Below are positions 47,586 to 56,715 of a stretch of DNA of 64,000 nt, in pieces. This stretch comes from an uncultured Acidimicrobiales bacterium (GTDB lineage Bacteria > Actinomycetota > Acidimicrobiia > Acidimicrobiales > CAWCAL01), in NCBI GenBank assembly GCA_963697385.1, contig CAVONU010000003.1, positions 400,133 to 464,132 of the forward strand, read 5' to 3'. Below the pieces are notes generated by a model. It was not told where the DNA came from and ran no database searches. It saw only the letters and a program-made list of their open reading frames with translations. Numbering within the stretch: position 1 is the first letter of the stretch; every line of letters begins with the position of its first letter. The position numbers were made by a program, and so were the translations under genes.

Positions 47586-49175
47586 TCATCGCCAGCCCTC
47601 CCCGGTCCAGGTCGCGCCCGTCCAGGTCGCACCGGTCCAGGTCGCACCGGTCCAGGTCGCACCGGTCCAGGTCGCACCGGTCCAGGTCGCACCGGTCCAG
47701 GTCGCACCGGTCCAGGTCGCACCGGTCCAGGTCGCACCGGTCCAGGTCGCACCGGTCCAGGTCGCGCCGGTCCAGGTCGCACCCGTCCACGTCGCACCGG
47801 ACCATCCGCCGCCGGTCCAGGTGGCTCCGGACGGCAGGACGATGCCCGTGCCGGGTCCACCGGCGGCCGGGAACTTCTGCTCGGACCGCTTGATGTCCTT
47901 CCGGGAGCCGGCGGTGTTGCCTTGGAGGAGGCCGTTGCCGTCCCGCACCGCGGGCGTCCAGATGTCGGCGGCGGTCCGGGTCATCGCGGCTTTCAACTCG
48001 TCCGGCGTGAGCTTGGGGTACGCCTCCAGGATCAGCGCCGCCACACCTGACGTGACGGCCGCCGACTGGCTGGTGCCGGACCCGAGGAACAGATCGTCGC
48101 CGTAGCGCGCGTTGGGGGCCTCGACGTCGACCGTCGAACCGGGCACCCGGTACGAGGCGATCGACCGGCCGGAGGCGATCAGGTCCGGATTGCGACTGCC
48201 GTCACCCTGCGCCGACCAGGCGGGGACGCTTCCGAGGCCCGTACCGCTCACGACCGGTCGGAGGGTCGGCCGTTCGGTGGTGAGGAGGTCGGTGGAGTTG
48301 AGGTCGACGGTCTCCTCGGTCTTCGTCGGAGCCGCGACGTCATCGGCGGTGGTCATGAGATCGGTCGGCGCCGCGGTGAGCACCTCGGCGTAGCGATCGT
48401 GGGCGCCGACGGCCATCACATAGGGGTCGATCGCGGGTGAGTCCAGATACTTCTGGGTCTCCCCTCGGTTGCCGGCGGCGACGACGACGAAGATGCCGGC
48501 GTCCCAGGCCCGCTCGACGGCAGCCGAGAGATAGTCACCGACGTGGTTGCTCACGCCTTCCTGGCCCAACGAGAGGTTGAGCACCTTGATGTTGAGCCCG
48601 TCGCTGTTGCGGTGCTCGATCACCCAGTCGATCGCGGCGATCACCTGGGGAACGGTGGTGGCACCGTCGTGACCGGCGGTCTTCAGACTGACGACGCGAG
48701 CACCGGTGGCGATGCCCTCGTGACCCGCTCGCTCGCCGGCGATGATCCCGGCCATGTGCGTGCCGTGCCCGTAGGTGTCGAGGAAGGCCGCTTCGGGGAC
48801 CGAGGCCTCGAAGGAGAGGTCCGGACCGTGCAGCACCTTGTCCCGCCCGTCGAGACCGTCGACCGGCGCGACGCCGGTGTCGATGAGGGCGACGTCGACG
48901 CCGGAGCCGTCGACCTTCCCGTCGCCGTAGTAGCCCTCCACCACCTTGCGAACCTCCTCGAGGGTCATCGGCCGGCTCGTGCCCGCCGTGTCGAGCATCT
49001 CGACCATGGCCGTGCCGACCTCGCCGACGGGCGCGTCGGTGCCGGCGGCCCCTTGGGCGCCGCCCGTCGACGCCATCGAGGCGGCGAAGAGTCCGATCAT
49101 GCCGACCAGGAGAGCGATCGCTCTCAGGCGCCTGTCTCCGGTCGCTGCGGTGGTGGTGGGTTCGATGGGTCGCAT
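47586..49175 (-). CDS. secreted S8 (subtilisin-family) serine peptidase with C-terminal (GATWT)n pentapeptide tandem repeat
   Basis: Signal-like N-terminus 'RRLRAIALLVGMIGLFAASMAS'. Catalytic boxes 'VALIDTGV' (Asp), 'HGTHMAGIIAG' (His), 'GTSQSAAVTSGVAAL' (Ser). The last ~80 aa are 15 pentads of GATWT. Confidence 0.9.
   Translation of the reverse strand: MRPIEPTTTAATGDRRLRAIALLVGMIGLFAASMASTGGAQGAAGTDAPVGEVGTAMVEMLDTAGTSRPMTLEEVRKVVEGYYGDGKVDGSGVDVALIDTGVAPVDGLDGRDKVLHGPDLSFEASVPEAAFLDTYGHGTHMAGIIAGERAGHEGIATGARVVSLKTAGHDGATTVPQVIAAIDWVIEHRNSDGLNIKVLNLSLGQEGVSNHVGDYLSAAVERAWDAGIFVVVAAGNRGETQKYLDSPAIDPYVMAVGAHDRYAEVLTAAPTDLMTTADDVAAPTKTEETVDLNSTDLLTTERPTLRPVVSGTGLGSVPAWSAQGDGSRNPDLIASGRSIASYRVPGSTVDVEAPNARYGDDLFLGSGTSQSAAVTSGVAALILEAYPKLTPDELKAAMTRTAADIWTPAVRDGNGLLQGNTAGSRKDIKRSEQKFPAAGGPGTGIVLPSGATWTGGGWSGATWTGATWTGATWTGATWTGATWTGATWTGATWTGATWTGATWTGATWTGATWTGATWTGATWTGEGWR
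47604..47828. repeat. 15-bp tandem repeat, 15 units (GGTCCAGGTCGCACC on + strand)
   Basis: Units start at 47604 and recur every 15 bp. Eight consecutive units (47634..47753) are identical. The first 13 units differ at only 5 positions. Units 14-15 are degenerate. Confidence 0.95.
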
Positions 49176-49421
49176 CCGATGCCTTCCCTGCCGGAGGATC
49201 GACCGCGGGTCGGTCGCTCCGGAATCTGGGGGACGTCGGTTTCGCCACTGACTCTCCGGTCGGTCAGGCGACCACGTACAACCGACCGGATCTTCGTCTC
49301 GTCCACTTCTGGTGTTGGAGTCGACTACGGCGCGAATCGCGCCCGGATTGAGGCCCCCGGGAGCTTCCACCCATGAGGATGGTCCGGTTGCACCAGACCC
49401 GGATCGAGGCCGTGGCGCGAC

Positions 49422-50270
49422 CTAGGAAGGGGCGACCACGACCCGGTGCAGATCGTCCCCCAGCTCGATCGTGCCGGCGAACTGGGCGGCGGCCAGCGCC
49501 CGCCAGTCGTCGCCGCGCTCGCCGGCCGGGATGGGCGGCACGTAGTGGGTGAGCACCAGGGTGTCGACACCGGCACGCGCCGCGGTCTGGGCCGCTTCCT
49601 CGGGCGACGAGTGGTAGTCCAGGGTGTCCTGCATGCGCTGCACCGGCACCTGCTCGATGAGGTCCTTCCGGATGACGGTGTGGACCAGGGCGTCGGCTCC
49701 CGCACACAACTCGTCCAGACCGGCGCACGGCACCGTGTCCCCCGCGGTCACCGCCGAAGCGCGACGGTCGCGGTCGGTGAGGTCGAAGCGGTAGCCCACG
49801 CTGGGTTCCACCGGCTTGTGGTCGGTCGGCGCGCAACGGATCGCCACGGCGCCCGGAAGATCCACCGGGCCGTCGCTCACCTCCAGGACGTCGACCTGCG
49901 GAGGGCCCTCGAGATCGTCGTGGTGCGCGATGCGATAGGCCATGTCGGGCTCGAGCGAGGCCATGAGATGGTCGACGACCGTCCGGGTGCCGACCGGTCC
50001 CACGATGGTGAGTGGGGTGGGCACGAAGGTCATGATCCACCGGGTCGTGATCACGTCGTTGAGATCGGTGATGTGATCGCTGTGGAGGTGGGTGATCATC
50101 ACCGCGTCGAGATCTCCGGCGCCCAGTCCGGCGGCGGCGAGACGCATCAGCGCGCCCCGGCCGACGTCCACCAGATAGTGCTCCGCTCCGGCGGAGATCA
50201 ACGTGGCGGGCCCGGCCCGGTCCGGGCTGGGCATGGGGCTCCCGGTGCCCAGCAGGGTGATGGTGATCAT
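49422..50270 (-). CDS. MBL-fold metallo-hydrolase (RNase Z-like)
   Basis: '[22 protein letters not shown]' and '[11 protein letters not shown]' (HxHxDH). The ATG forms an ATGA overlap with the arylsulfatase stop (50267..50270). Confidence 0.85.
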   Translation of the reverse strand: MITITLLGTGSPMPSPDRAGPATLISAGAEHYLVDVGRGALMRLAAAGLGAGDLDAVMITHLHSDHITDLNDVITTRWIMTFVPTPLTIVGPVGTRTVVDHLMASLEPDMAYRIAHHDDLEGPPQVDVLEVSDGPVDLPGAVAIRCAPTDHKPVEPSVGYRFDLTDRDRRASAVTAGDTVPCAGLDELCAGADALVHTVIRKDLIEQVPVQRMQDTLDYHSSPEEAAQTAARAGVDTLVLTHYVPPIPAGERGDDWRALAAAQFAGTIELGDDLHRVVVAPS

Positions 50271-52531
50271 TGGCGGTTCATCTCCGAGCTCGCCTCGGCC
50301 GCTTGCGCTGCCACGTCCTGACGGGACAGGAGCTGGATCACGACCTCGTGGAGGGACCCAGCGAAGGGGTAGGGCGCCTCGTACCGGTTGGACACCGCCG
50401 ACCCGTGGTCGTAGCCGACGCTGGGCCCGACCGACGACATCATCTGCATGTACAGCGGAAGTTCGGCCGATCCGGCCGGTTGGCCGTCGACGTCGAGCGC
50501 CATCGATCCGCCGCTCCCTTGACCCCGTCGGAGCCGGGCCACGAGCGTCGAGTCACCGGTCGGCACGGCCACGGACGACTCGAGGATGACGTGATCGTCG
50601 AAGGCGTTGTAGTCGACGACGAGCTTGTCGTCCTGCACGAAGATCGACAGACCCGAGTTCTCCGTGCCGGTGGCGTAGAGCACGCCGTCCTCGCCTGGGC
50701 CGCGGGTGATCCTGGCGGTCAGGTCGAAGGCCCGCCCGCCGATGGCGGCGGACGCCTGTCCGGGCATGGGGGACATCGGCGGCCGGTAGACGTACCGCCG
50801 ATCGGTGGGGTGCGGCGAGTTGGGCCGGAAGCGGGCTCCGAAGAGCTCGATGAGCCGATCATCGAGCGGGAGGACCCCGTGTCGGTGGGCCTCCTCCCAC
50901 CAGAGGGCGATCAGCTCGGTCAGCTTCTCGGGCTCCTGCTCGGCGAGGTCGTGACACTCCGACCAGTCGTCGGTGAGGTGGTAGAGCTCCCAGGGCTCGG
51001 TCTCGAAGTCGGCTCCTGGCGCGTGCTTGCAGACGGCCTTCCACTCGCCCGAGACCAGCGCCCGACTGCCGAGCATCTCGAAGTACTGGAGCGAGTTCGT
51101 CGCAGGGGCATCAGGGTCGTCGAAGACGCCGGCGAACGAGTGACCGGTCACCGGCAGCTGCTCGATGCCGCGGAAGACCTCGGGCGGTGTCACGCCCAGC
51201 AGGTCGTAGATGGTGGGAGCGACGTCGGCCACGTACGTGAACTGGTCGCGCCTCGTACCCGACTGGGCCGAATCGATCCGACCGGGCGCATGGACGATCA
51301 TCGGCACGTGCACGCCACCCTCGTGGGTGTTCTGCTTGTACCACTTGAACGGTGCGTTGCCGCACTGGGCCCAGCCCCAGGGGTAGTTGGTGTGGCTGTG
51401 GGGACCGCCGATGTCGTCGATCCGATCGATCGCCTCGTCGGGAGTCTCGAGGATGCCGTTGAAGAACTTCATCTCGTGCATGACGCCGAACGGGCCGCCC
51501 TCCTGGGAGGCGCCGTTGTCGGCGAGCACGACGAGGATCGTATTGTCGAGCTCACCCATCGAGCGCAGGCCCTCGACCAGCCGGCCGACCTGGTCATCGG
51601 TGTGGTCGAGAAACGCGGCGAAGGCCTCCTGGAGGCGGGAGGCCAGCTTCTGCTGACTTTCGGGAAGGTCGTCCCAGGCGTCGACCCCGGGGTTGCGGGG
51701 AGCCAATGGTGTCCCTTCCGGGATGAGGCCCAGATCGACCTGACGCCGGAACCAGCGTTCGCGCACGGCGTCCCACCCCTCGTCGTAACGCCCGCGGTAC
51801 TTCTCCAGGTAGGCCGCCGGTGCCTGATGGGGTGCGTGGGTCGCTCCGAACGGCACGTAGGCGAAGAACGGTCGATCGGGGCGTACGCCCTTGCTGTCGG
51901 ACAGCATCACGAGCAGCTGGTCGATCATGTCCTCCGACAGGTGGTAGCCGTCCTCGGGGGCCGCGGGCGGTTCGATCGGATGGTTGTCGGAGACGAGGTC
52001 GGGATGGAACTGGTCGGTCTCGCCTTCGAGGAATCCGTAGAAGCGATCGAACCCGCGGGCGAGCGGCCACTGGTCGAAGGGTCCGGCCGCCGAGCACTGC
52101 TCCATCGGAGCGAGATGCCACTTGCCCACGCAGAACGTTGCATACCCCTCGTCTCGCAGCACCTCGGCGATCGTCGCCGCATGGTTGCTGATGTGGCCCA
52201 GCTGGTGGGGAAACCCCGTGCGGAAGTTGGACACCGCCCGCATGCCGACGGCGTGCTGGGACCGTCCGGTCAACAGGGATGCCCGCGTCGGGGAGCACAA
52301 GGGCGTGACGTGGAAGTTGGTGAACTGGAGACCGTTCTCCGCCAGCGCGTCGATGTGCGGCGTGTCGATGTCCGATCCGTAGCAGCCGAACTGGGCGAAT
52401 CCGGTGTCGTCGAGCAGGACGACGACCACGTTGGGGGCACCGTCGCCCGGGTGGGGCGGCTCGTCGAACCAGGCTTCGGAGTCGACGACCGTGCGGCCGA
52501 TCGTTCCTTCGAACCGTGACGGACGGGTCAC
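50267..52531 (-). CDS. arylsulfatase (formylglycine-dependent type)
   Basis: '[18 protein letters not shown]' and '[15 protein letters not shown]' (CxPxR formylglycine motif). 754 aa. GTG start forms a GTGA overlap with the upstream small ORF. Confidence 0.9.
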   Translation of the reverse strand: MTRPSRFEGTIGRTVVDSEAWFDEPPHPGDGAPNVVVVLLDDTGFAQFGCYGSDIDTPHIDALAENGLQFTNFHVTPLCSPTRASLLTGRSQHAVGMRAVSNFRTGFPHQLGHISNHAATIAEVLRDEGYATFCVGKWHLAPMEQCSAAGPFDQWPLARGFDRFYGFLEGETDQFHPDLVSDNHPIEPPAAPEDGYHLSEDMIDQLLVMLSDSKGVRPDRPFFAYVPFGATHAPHQAPAAYLEKYRGRYDEGWDAVRERWFRRQVDLGLIPEGTPLAPRNPGVDAWDDLPESQQKLASRLQEAFAAFLDHTDDQVGRLVEGLRSMGELDNTILVVLADNGASQEGGPFGVMHEMKFFNGILETPDEAIDRIDDIGGPHSHTNYPWGWAQCGNAPFKWYKQNTHEGGVHVPMIVHAPGRIDSAQSGTRRDQFTYVADVAPTIYDLLGVTPPEVFRGIEQLPVTGHSFAGVFDDPDAPATNSLQYFEMLGSRALVSGEWKAVCKHAPGADFETEPWELYHLTDDWSECHDLAEQEPEKLTELIALWWEEAHRHGVLPLDDRLIELFGARFRPNSPHPTDRRYVYRPPMSPMPGQASAAIGGRAFDLTARITRGPGEDGVLYATGTENSGLSIFVQDDKLVVDYNAFDDHVILESSVAVPTGDSTLVARLRRGQGSGGSMALDVDGQPAGSAELPLYMQMMSSVGPSVGYDHGSAVSNRYEAPYPFAGSLHEVVIQLLSRQDVAAQAAEASSEMNRQ

Positions 52532-52737
52532 GGCGTCGGCTCGCCGCCGGCCGCGCTGTGGCCCTCCGCTGCCCTCGTCGCCATGACCTCGACGCGGTAC
52601 TCGCAGTCGACGCAGTGCCGCATGGCCCGCTTCATCCTCTCGTTCTGCTGGCAGAGTCGATCGATCTCGGCTTGCAGCGCAGCCGCGTCGCCGGTCCCAC
52701 CCTGTCGCCCTCGGAGCCTCTCGACCAGGCTTCTCAT
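52528..52737 (-). CDS. small hypothetical protein (69 aa; coiled-coil-like plus CxxC)
   Basis: 'MRSLVERLRGRQGGTGDAAALQAEIDRLCQQNERMKRAMRHCVDCEYRVEVM...'. Bracketed by 4-nt overlaps on both sides: ATGA at 52734..52737 and GTGA at 52528..52531. Confidence 0.5.
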   Translation of the reverse strand: MRSLVERLRGRQGGTGDAAALQAEIDRLCQQNERMKRAMRHCVDCEYRVEVMATRAAEGHSAAGGEPTP

Positions 52738-53543
52738 GACGCCTGGGGCTTCCACCTCATCCGTGCGGTACAGGAGGTCTCGGGAAGGTCGGGCTCGAAC
52801 TGGATCGACAGCCCGCTGTCCTCGCCTCGGAAGAGCTCCTCGAAGGCACCCTTGCAGATGAGCATGCATCCCTCCTCGGGAAGTTTCTCCGGATTGGGCA
52901 GGCTCTCCTGCGCACCGCACACGTGCCACGCACAATCGGGGATGAACATCGTGACCTTGCCCCGGTCGGGGTCGTACTCGGTGATCTGGGCCGGTCCGGT
53001 CAGGAAGCCGGCCGGGTTGAACATCTCGAACATCAGCTTCTGTCGCCGACTCGGTTCGCCACCTCCGTCCGGACTCGGCGTGGCCGAAGCCGATTGTTCG
53101 GTCATCGAGTTCATCATGTCCAGGAAGTCGGTCGAGTTCTCCCGGGCCAGCGCCACGGACGTGCCGATCACGATGCTCTCGTACTGCTCCTGCGAGAAGT
53201 GCTTGCGCAGCTCGAGCAGCGCCCATTCGGCCTCGCGCACGAAGTTGCCGTACCGCTTGCGCCAGCGTTCGCGGGGAGAATCGGTGAGCCGGATCTTCTC
53301 CCGCCGACCCCGGATGTCCTCCCAGTCCCGGTCGATCTGCTCCGGGTCGCCGCTCAAGCGCAGGATCGGCAGGAAGGTGTACGGGACGAGTGGCCCGGCT
53401 CGATCGACCAGGATTCGCTTCGACATGACCATGTCGATCCAGGCCTGCGGTCCCCACTGGTAGAGCAGCCCGCCGCCGGCGCTGGGGGAGGCCGGGTCCA
53501 CCGCTGGTGGGCCCTGGGCCATCGGGACGGCATCGATGCTCAT
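52734..53543 (-). CDS. hypothetical Cys-rich protein (possibly ATC-hydrolase-like fold)
   Basis: 269-aa ORF. The C-terminal Cys pattern 'IPDCAWHVCG...EEGCMLICKGAFEE...ETSCTARM' is reminiscent of the L-2-amino-thiazoline-4-carboxylate hydrolase-like family. This assignment is weak. Confidence 0.6.
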   Translation of the reverse strand: MSIDAVPMAQGPPAVDPASPSAGGGLLYQWGPQAWIDMVMSKRILVDRAGPLVPYTFLPILRLSGDPEQIDRDWEDIRGRREKIRLTDSPRERWRKRYGNFVREAEWALLELRKHFSQEQYESIVIGTSVALARENSTDFLDMMNSMTEQSASATPSPDGGGEPSRRQKLMFEMFNPAGFLTGPAQITEYDPDRGKVTMFIPDCAWHVCGAQESLPNPEKLPEEGCMLICKGAFEELFRGEDSGLSIQFEPDLPETSCTARMRWKPQAS

Positions 53544-53717
53544 GGCTCACCTCTTGGGTCGCAACGGTCGGAGACGGCGTCCGAACCGGCTGCGTCCCCG
53601 TCGACAGCATGTCCGAGCCCGCTCGCGCTGACAAGGGACGTGATCGCGAGCCGTCCCACCGTTGACCGACAGAGATGAGTCCCGGCCCCCGTTCGGGGCC
53701 ACCGGTAGGCTCCGCGC

Positions 53718-54257
53718 ATGACCGACGAGGACGAACAGGGCCGGCCGGAACCGCCGCTCGCAGCGGACGAGGCGGCGACCGCCCTCGGCTTCCTGGACTA
53801 CCAGCGGGCGACGCTGGCCTGGAAATGCGCGAACCTCGGCCCGGCCGGCTTCCGGGCCAAGGTCGGCATCTCGGAGATGACGTTGGGCGGACTGCTGAAG
53901 CACATGGCGTACGTGGAGGACCACTGGTTCTCCCGGTCGCTGCACGGGAACCAGCCCGCGCCCCCGTGGGACACGGTGGACTGGGACGCGGACCGTGACT
54001 GGGAGTGGAACACCGCCGCCGACGACACGCCCGAACAGCTCTTGACCTTGTGGGAGGGCGCCGTGGCACGCTCCCGCAACCTCGCGACCCAGGCCATGGC
54101 CGAGGGTGGCCTGGACCGGTCGGCTGAGAAGGTCTGGCCCGACGGGCGGGCCCCGACCCTCCGTTGGATCGTGCTCCACATGATCGAGGAGTACGCCCGG
54201 CACAACGGTCACGCCGATCTCCTGCGGGAGTCGGTCGACGGCCAGACCGGCGAATGA
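53718..54257 (+). CDS. DinB-family (DUF664/mycothiol-transferase-like) protein
   Basis: 'FLDYQRATLAWKCANL...LLKHMAYVEDHWF...LRWIVLHMIEEYARHNGHADLLRESVDG' is the classical actinobacterial DinB/DUF664 pattern. Confidence 0.85.
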   Translation: MTDEDEQGRPEPPLAADEAATALGFLDYQRATLAWKCANLGPAGFRAKVGISEMTLGGLLKHMAYVEDHWFSRSLHGNQPAPPWDTVDWDADRDWEWNTAADDTPEQLLTLWEGAVARSRNLATQAMAEGGLDRSAEKVWPDGRAPTLRWIVLHMIEEYARHNGHADLLRESVDGQTGE

Positions 54258-54661
54258 GATCGAAGCCGGTCGTCGACGACCAACTGGGCCGGCTGGAACG
54301 ACGGCGACGATGGTGGCGAGGACGGATCACTCTCGGAGACCATTCCGAGGTGCCCCTGGCCGTGCCCGGCGGACGATCGGGACCGGATCCCGATGCGCTC
54401 ACGATGGCGCGGACGATCACCTCCTCCTACGCGGCCTGGCAGCCGGCGCTGGTCGAGATGTTGACCGAGCATCGACCGGAGGTCGGATCGGCCGAGCCCG
54501 TGGTGATTCCGCCGCCGGTCTACGCCGCCGTGATCACCCTCGACGGGGAGCTGGCGGTGGAGCTCGGCTACCGCGTGGAATGGGACGAGGAGCACACGCT
54601 GGGCGCACGTTTTCGCGGCGACGAGGCGGTCGAGCTGTGCGGGTCGGTGCTCGAACCTTGA
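54254..54661 (+). CDS. hypothetical protein
   Basis: The ATG forms an ATGA overlap with the DinB stop. 135 aa. 'LGYRVEWDEEHTLGARF' resembles the WD(E/P)EHGLG box of a DUF family often seen in immunity-type proteins. Low-confidence assignment. Confidence 0.55.
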   Translation: MRSKPVVDDQLGRLERRRRWWRGRITLGDHSEVPLAVPGGRSGPDPDALTMARTITSSYAAWQPALVEMLTEHRPEVGSAEPVVIPPPVYAAVITLDGELAVELGYRVEWDEEHTLGARFRGDEAVELCGSVLEP

Positions 54662-54821
54662 TGCCGCTCGGCACCGCACCGTCCTGAGGGGCCCGTCCCG
54701 AACGCCTCACCGGAAGAAATTCTCGTCGAGATCGGTCGAAATCCGCCCGACCGTTCGTGGTAGTGATGTCGGCAGGTAGTCGACACGTCTGGCGGCCGAG
54801 GGCCGCAGAAGGAGTCCCACG

Positions 54822-55127
54822 ATGAGCAAGGTTTCGATGATGGGCACGATCACGTGCCAGGAGGGCAAGGCCGACGAGATGGCGGCCGTGCTCGCTCAGA
54901 TGGTCGAAGCGGCCCGCGACGAGCCCGGGGTCGAGATCTACTCGTACCACCGTGGGGAGGGCAACCACTTCTCGTTCTTCGCCCTGATGACCGACGAGCA
55001 GGCGATGCAGAACCACGGCCAGAGCGAAGCCATGCAGGCGGCGATGCAGTCATTCGGTCCGTTGATGGCCGAGCCGCCGCAGATGTCGCCCGCCACGCCC
55101 ATCGCCGCCATCGGCTTCGACGTCTGA
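54822..55127 (+). CDS. antibiotic-biosynthesis-monooxygenase (ABM) domain protein / putative quinol monooxygenase
   Basis: 101 aa. 'MMGTITCQEGKADEMAAVLAQMVEAARDEPGVEIYSYHR...FFALMTDEQAMQNH' fits the ferredoxin-like ABM pattern. Confidence 0.85.
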   Translation: MSKVSMMGTITCQEGKADEMAAVLAQMVEAARDEPGVEIYSYHRGEGNHFSFFALMTDEQAMQNHGQSEAMQAAMQSFGPLMAEPPQMSPATPIAAIGFDV

Positions 55128-55483
55128 TGGCCCAGTACCTCCTGTCGGTCTTCCAGGAGGAGGGCGCCGAACCCCCCACGCCCGAGCACGCCCAGATGAT
55201 CATGGAACGCGTCGCCGCGCATCAGGAGGAGCTGAAAGCGGCGGGCGCGTGGCTGTTCTTCGGTGCCCTGACCGAGGCGTCCTCGGCGACCGTCGTGCGG
55301 GCGACCGGCGACGACGTGTCGATGACCGACGGCCCCTACGCCGAAGCCAAGGAACAGATCGGCGGCTTCACCGTGATCGAAGCCGCCGACCTGGACGAGG
55401 CGCTCGAGTGGGCCCGCAAGGGATCCGACGCCTGTATGTGGCCGGTCGAGGTCCGGCCGTTCCTCGGCCCACCGACTGCGTGA
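55127..55483 (+). CDS. YciI-family protein
   Basis: 'MAQYLLSVF...VSMTDGPYAEAKEQIGGFTVIEAADLDEALEWARK' is the YCII signature. The start shares one base with the ABM stop (TGATG). Confidence 0.9.
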   Translation: MAQYLLSVFQEEGAEPPTPEHAQMIMERVAAHQEELKAAGAWLFFGALTEASSATVVRATGDDVSMTDGPYAEAKEQIGGFTVIEAADLDEALEWARKGSDACMWPVEVRPFLGPPTA

Positions 55484-56715
55484 CGTTCGACCCCCACGAG
55501 TTCACGGCCATCTACCGCCGCGAGGTGGGGCGCAGTACGGCGACCCTCGTGCGGGTCCTGGGCGACATCGACCGAGCCGAGGACGCCGTCGCCGATGCGT
55601 TCGCCGTGGCCGCCGAGCGTTGGCCGACCACCGGCATACCGCCCAACCCGGGCGGATGGATCACGACGACGGCCCGGAACCGTGCCATCGATCGGCATCG
55701 ACGCGAATCGACGAGAGACACCAGGGAGCGGGAGGCGCTGATCATGCACGACCCCACGGCCGACACCGCGGCCGACCTCGGTCCGATCGATGCGGTGCCG
55801 GACGACCAGCTCCGACTGATCTTCCTGTGCTGTCACCCTGCGCTCGGTGCGGACGCCCAGGTCGCACTCACGCTGCGGCTCCTGGGTGGGCTGAGCACGT
55901 CCGAGATCGCGCGGGCGTTCCTGGTACCCGAGCCCACGATGGGTCAGCGCCTGAGCCGGGCCAAGCGGAAGATCCGTGACACCCGTCTGGCCTACCGGAT
56001 ACCGGCCCCCGACGAGCTTCCCGATCGGCTGGGACCGGTGCTTGCGACGATCTACCTCGTCTTCACCGAGGGCCACACCGCCACCGCAGGGGACGGTCTG
56101 TTGCGCCCGGCCCTCACCAGCGAGGCGATCCGTATCGGTCGTACGCTCGTCGGCCTGTTGCCCGGTGAGCCCGAGGCCGCAGGGTTGCTCGCCCTGATGT
56201 TGCTCACCGAGGCCCGCACGCCGGCTCGGGTGAGCGGTGACGGCGAGTTGGTGCGCTTGGCCGACCAGGACCGGACGCGGTGGGACCGGACCCTCATCGA
56301 CGAGGGGCACGAGCTCGTGAGATCCTGCCTGGCCCGGAACCGGCCCGGCCCGTACCAGCTCCAAGCGGCGATCGCAGCGGTCCATACCGACGCATCGACG
56401 GCACACGCCACCGACTGGGCCCAGATCGTCGCGCTCTACGACCACCTGCTGCAGCTCCGGCCGAACGACGTGGTGGCGCTCAACCGCGCCGTTGCCGTGA
56501 TGGAGCTGAGCGGCCCGCAGGCCGCTCTCGACGCGATCGACGGCATCGACCTGGCGACCTATCACCTGTACCACGCCACCCGCGGCGAGGCGCTCCGCCG
56601 TGCCGGCCGAACGGCAGAGGCGGCGGCTGCGCTGCAACGGGCCGCCTCGCTCACCACCAACGCGATCGAACGCCGCCACCTCGAGCACCAGCTCGCCGGT
56701 CTGCCGGACCGGTGA
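55480..56715 (+). CDS. ECF-type RNA polymerase sigma factor with long C-terminal extension (YciI-associated type)
   Basis: Region 2 'AEDAVADAFAVAAERWP...GWITTTARNRAIDRHRRE' and region 4 HTH 'LGGLSTSEIARAFLVPEPTMGQRLSRAKRKI', followed by a ~200-aa helical C-terminal domain. GTG forms a GTGA overlap with the YciI stop. Confidence 0.9.
   Translation: MTFDPHEFTAIYRREVGRSTATLVRVLGDIDRAEDAVADAFAVAAERWPTTGIPPNPGGWITTTARNRAIDRHRRESTRDTREREALIMHDPTADTAADLGPIDAVPDDQLRLIFLCCHPALGADAQVALTLRLLGGLSTSEIARAFLVPEPTMGQRLSRAKRKIRDTRLAYRIPAPDELPDRLGPVLATIYLVFTEGHTATAGDGLLRPALTSEAIRIGRTLVGLLPGEPEAAGLLALMLLTEARTPARVSGDGELVRLADQDRTRWDRTLIDEGHELVRSCLARNRPGPYQLQAAIAAVHTDASTAHATDWAQIVALYDHLLQLRPNDVVALNRAVAVMELSGPQAALDAIDGIDLATYHLYHATRGEALRRAGRTAEAAAALQRAASLTTNAIERRHLEHQLAGLPDR

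Noticed and set aside
47604-47828. Possible CRISPR array or non-coding satellite
   Set aside because: The repeats are directly adjacent 15-mers with no spacers and no cas genes nearby. They sit in frame inside the 3' end of the S8 peptidase gene.
47522-47860. N-terminal (PGPVR)n extension of the GGDEF-EAL ORF
   Set aside because: It is merely the tandem 15-mer read in another frame. The substitutions in the array are synonymous only in the S8-peptidase frame. The GGDEF-EAL protein has a plausible ATG at 47521 just before its first TM helix.
47479-48105. 208-aa + strand ORF containing (VQVAP)n
   Set aside because: Repeat-derived phantom. The rest is antisense to the S8 peptidase.
49176-49421. 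246-bp intergenic region upstream of the S8 peptidase, examined for a riboswitch, tRNA or terminator
   Set aside because: Only a short GGCGCG-AAT-CGCGCC hairpin (about 49328..49342) without a U-tract. I saw no cloverleaf or known riboswitch core. Evidence is insufficient to call a feature.
50270-52519. 749-aa ORF on the + strand
   Set aside because: Antisense to the arylsulfatase, which has the CSPTR motif. Shadow ORF.
52734-53543. Considered as the formylglycine-generating enzyme for the adjacent sulfatase
   Set aside because: It lacks the FGE/SUMF1-type features I would expect and is not a radical-SAM protein (no CxxxCxxC). It is kept only as a hypothetical accessory candidate.
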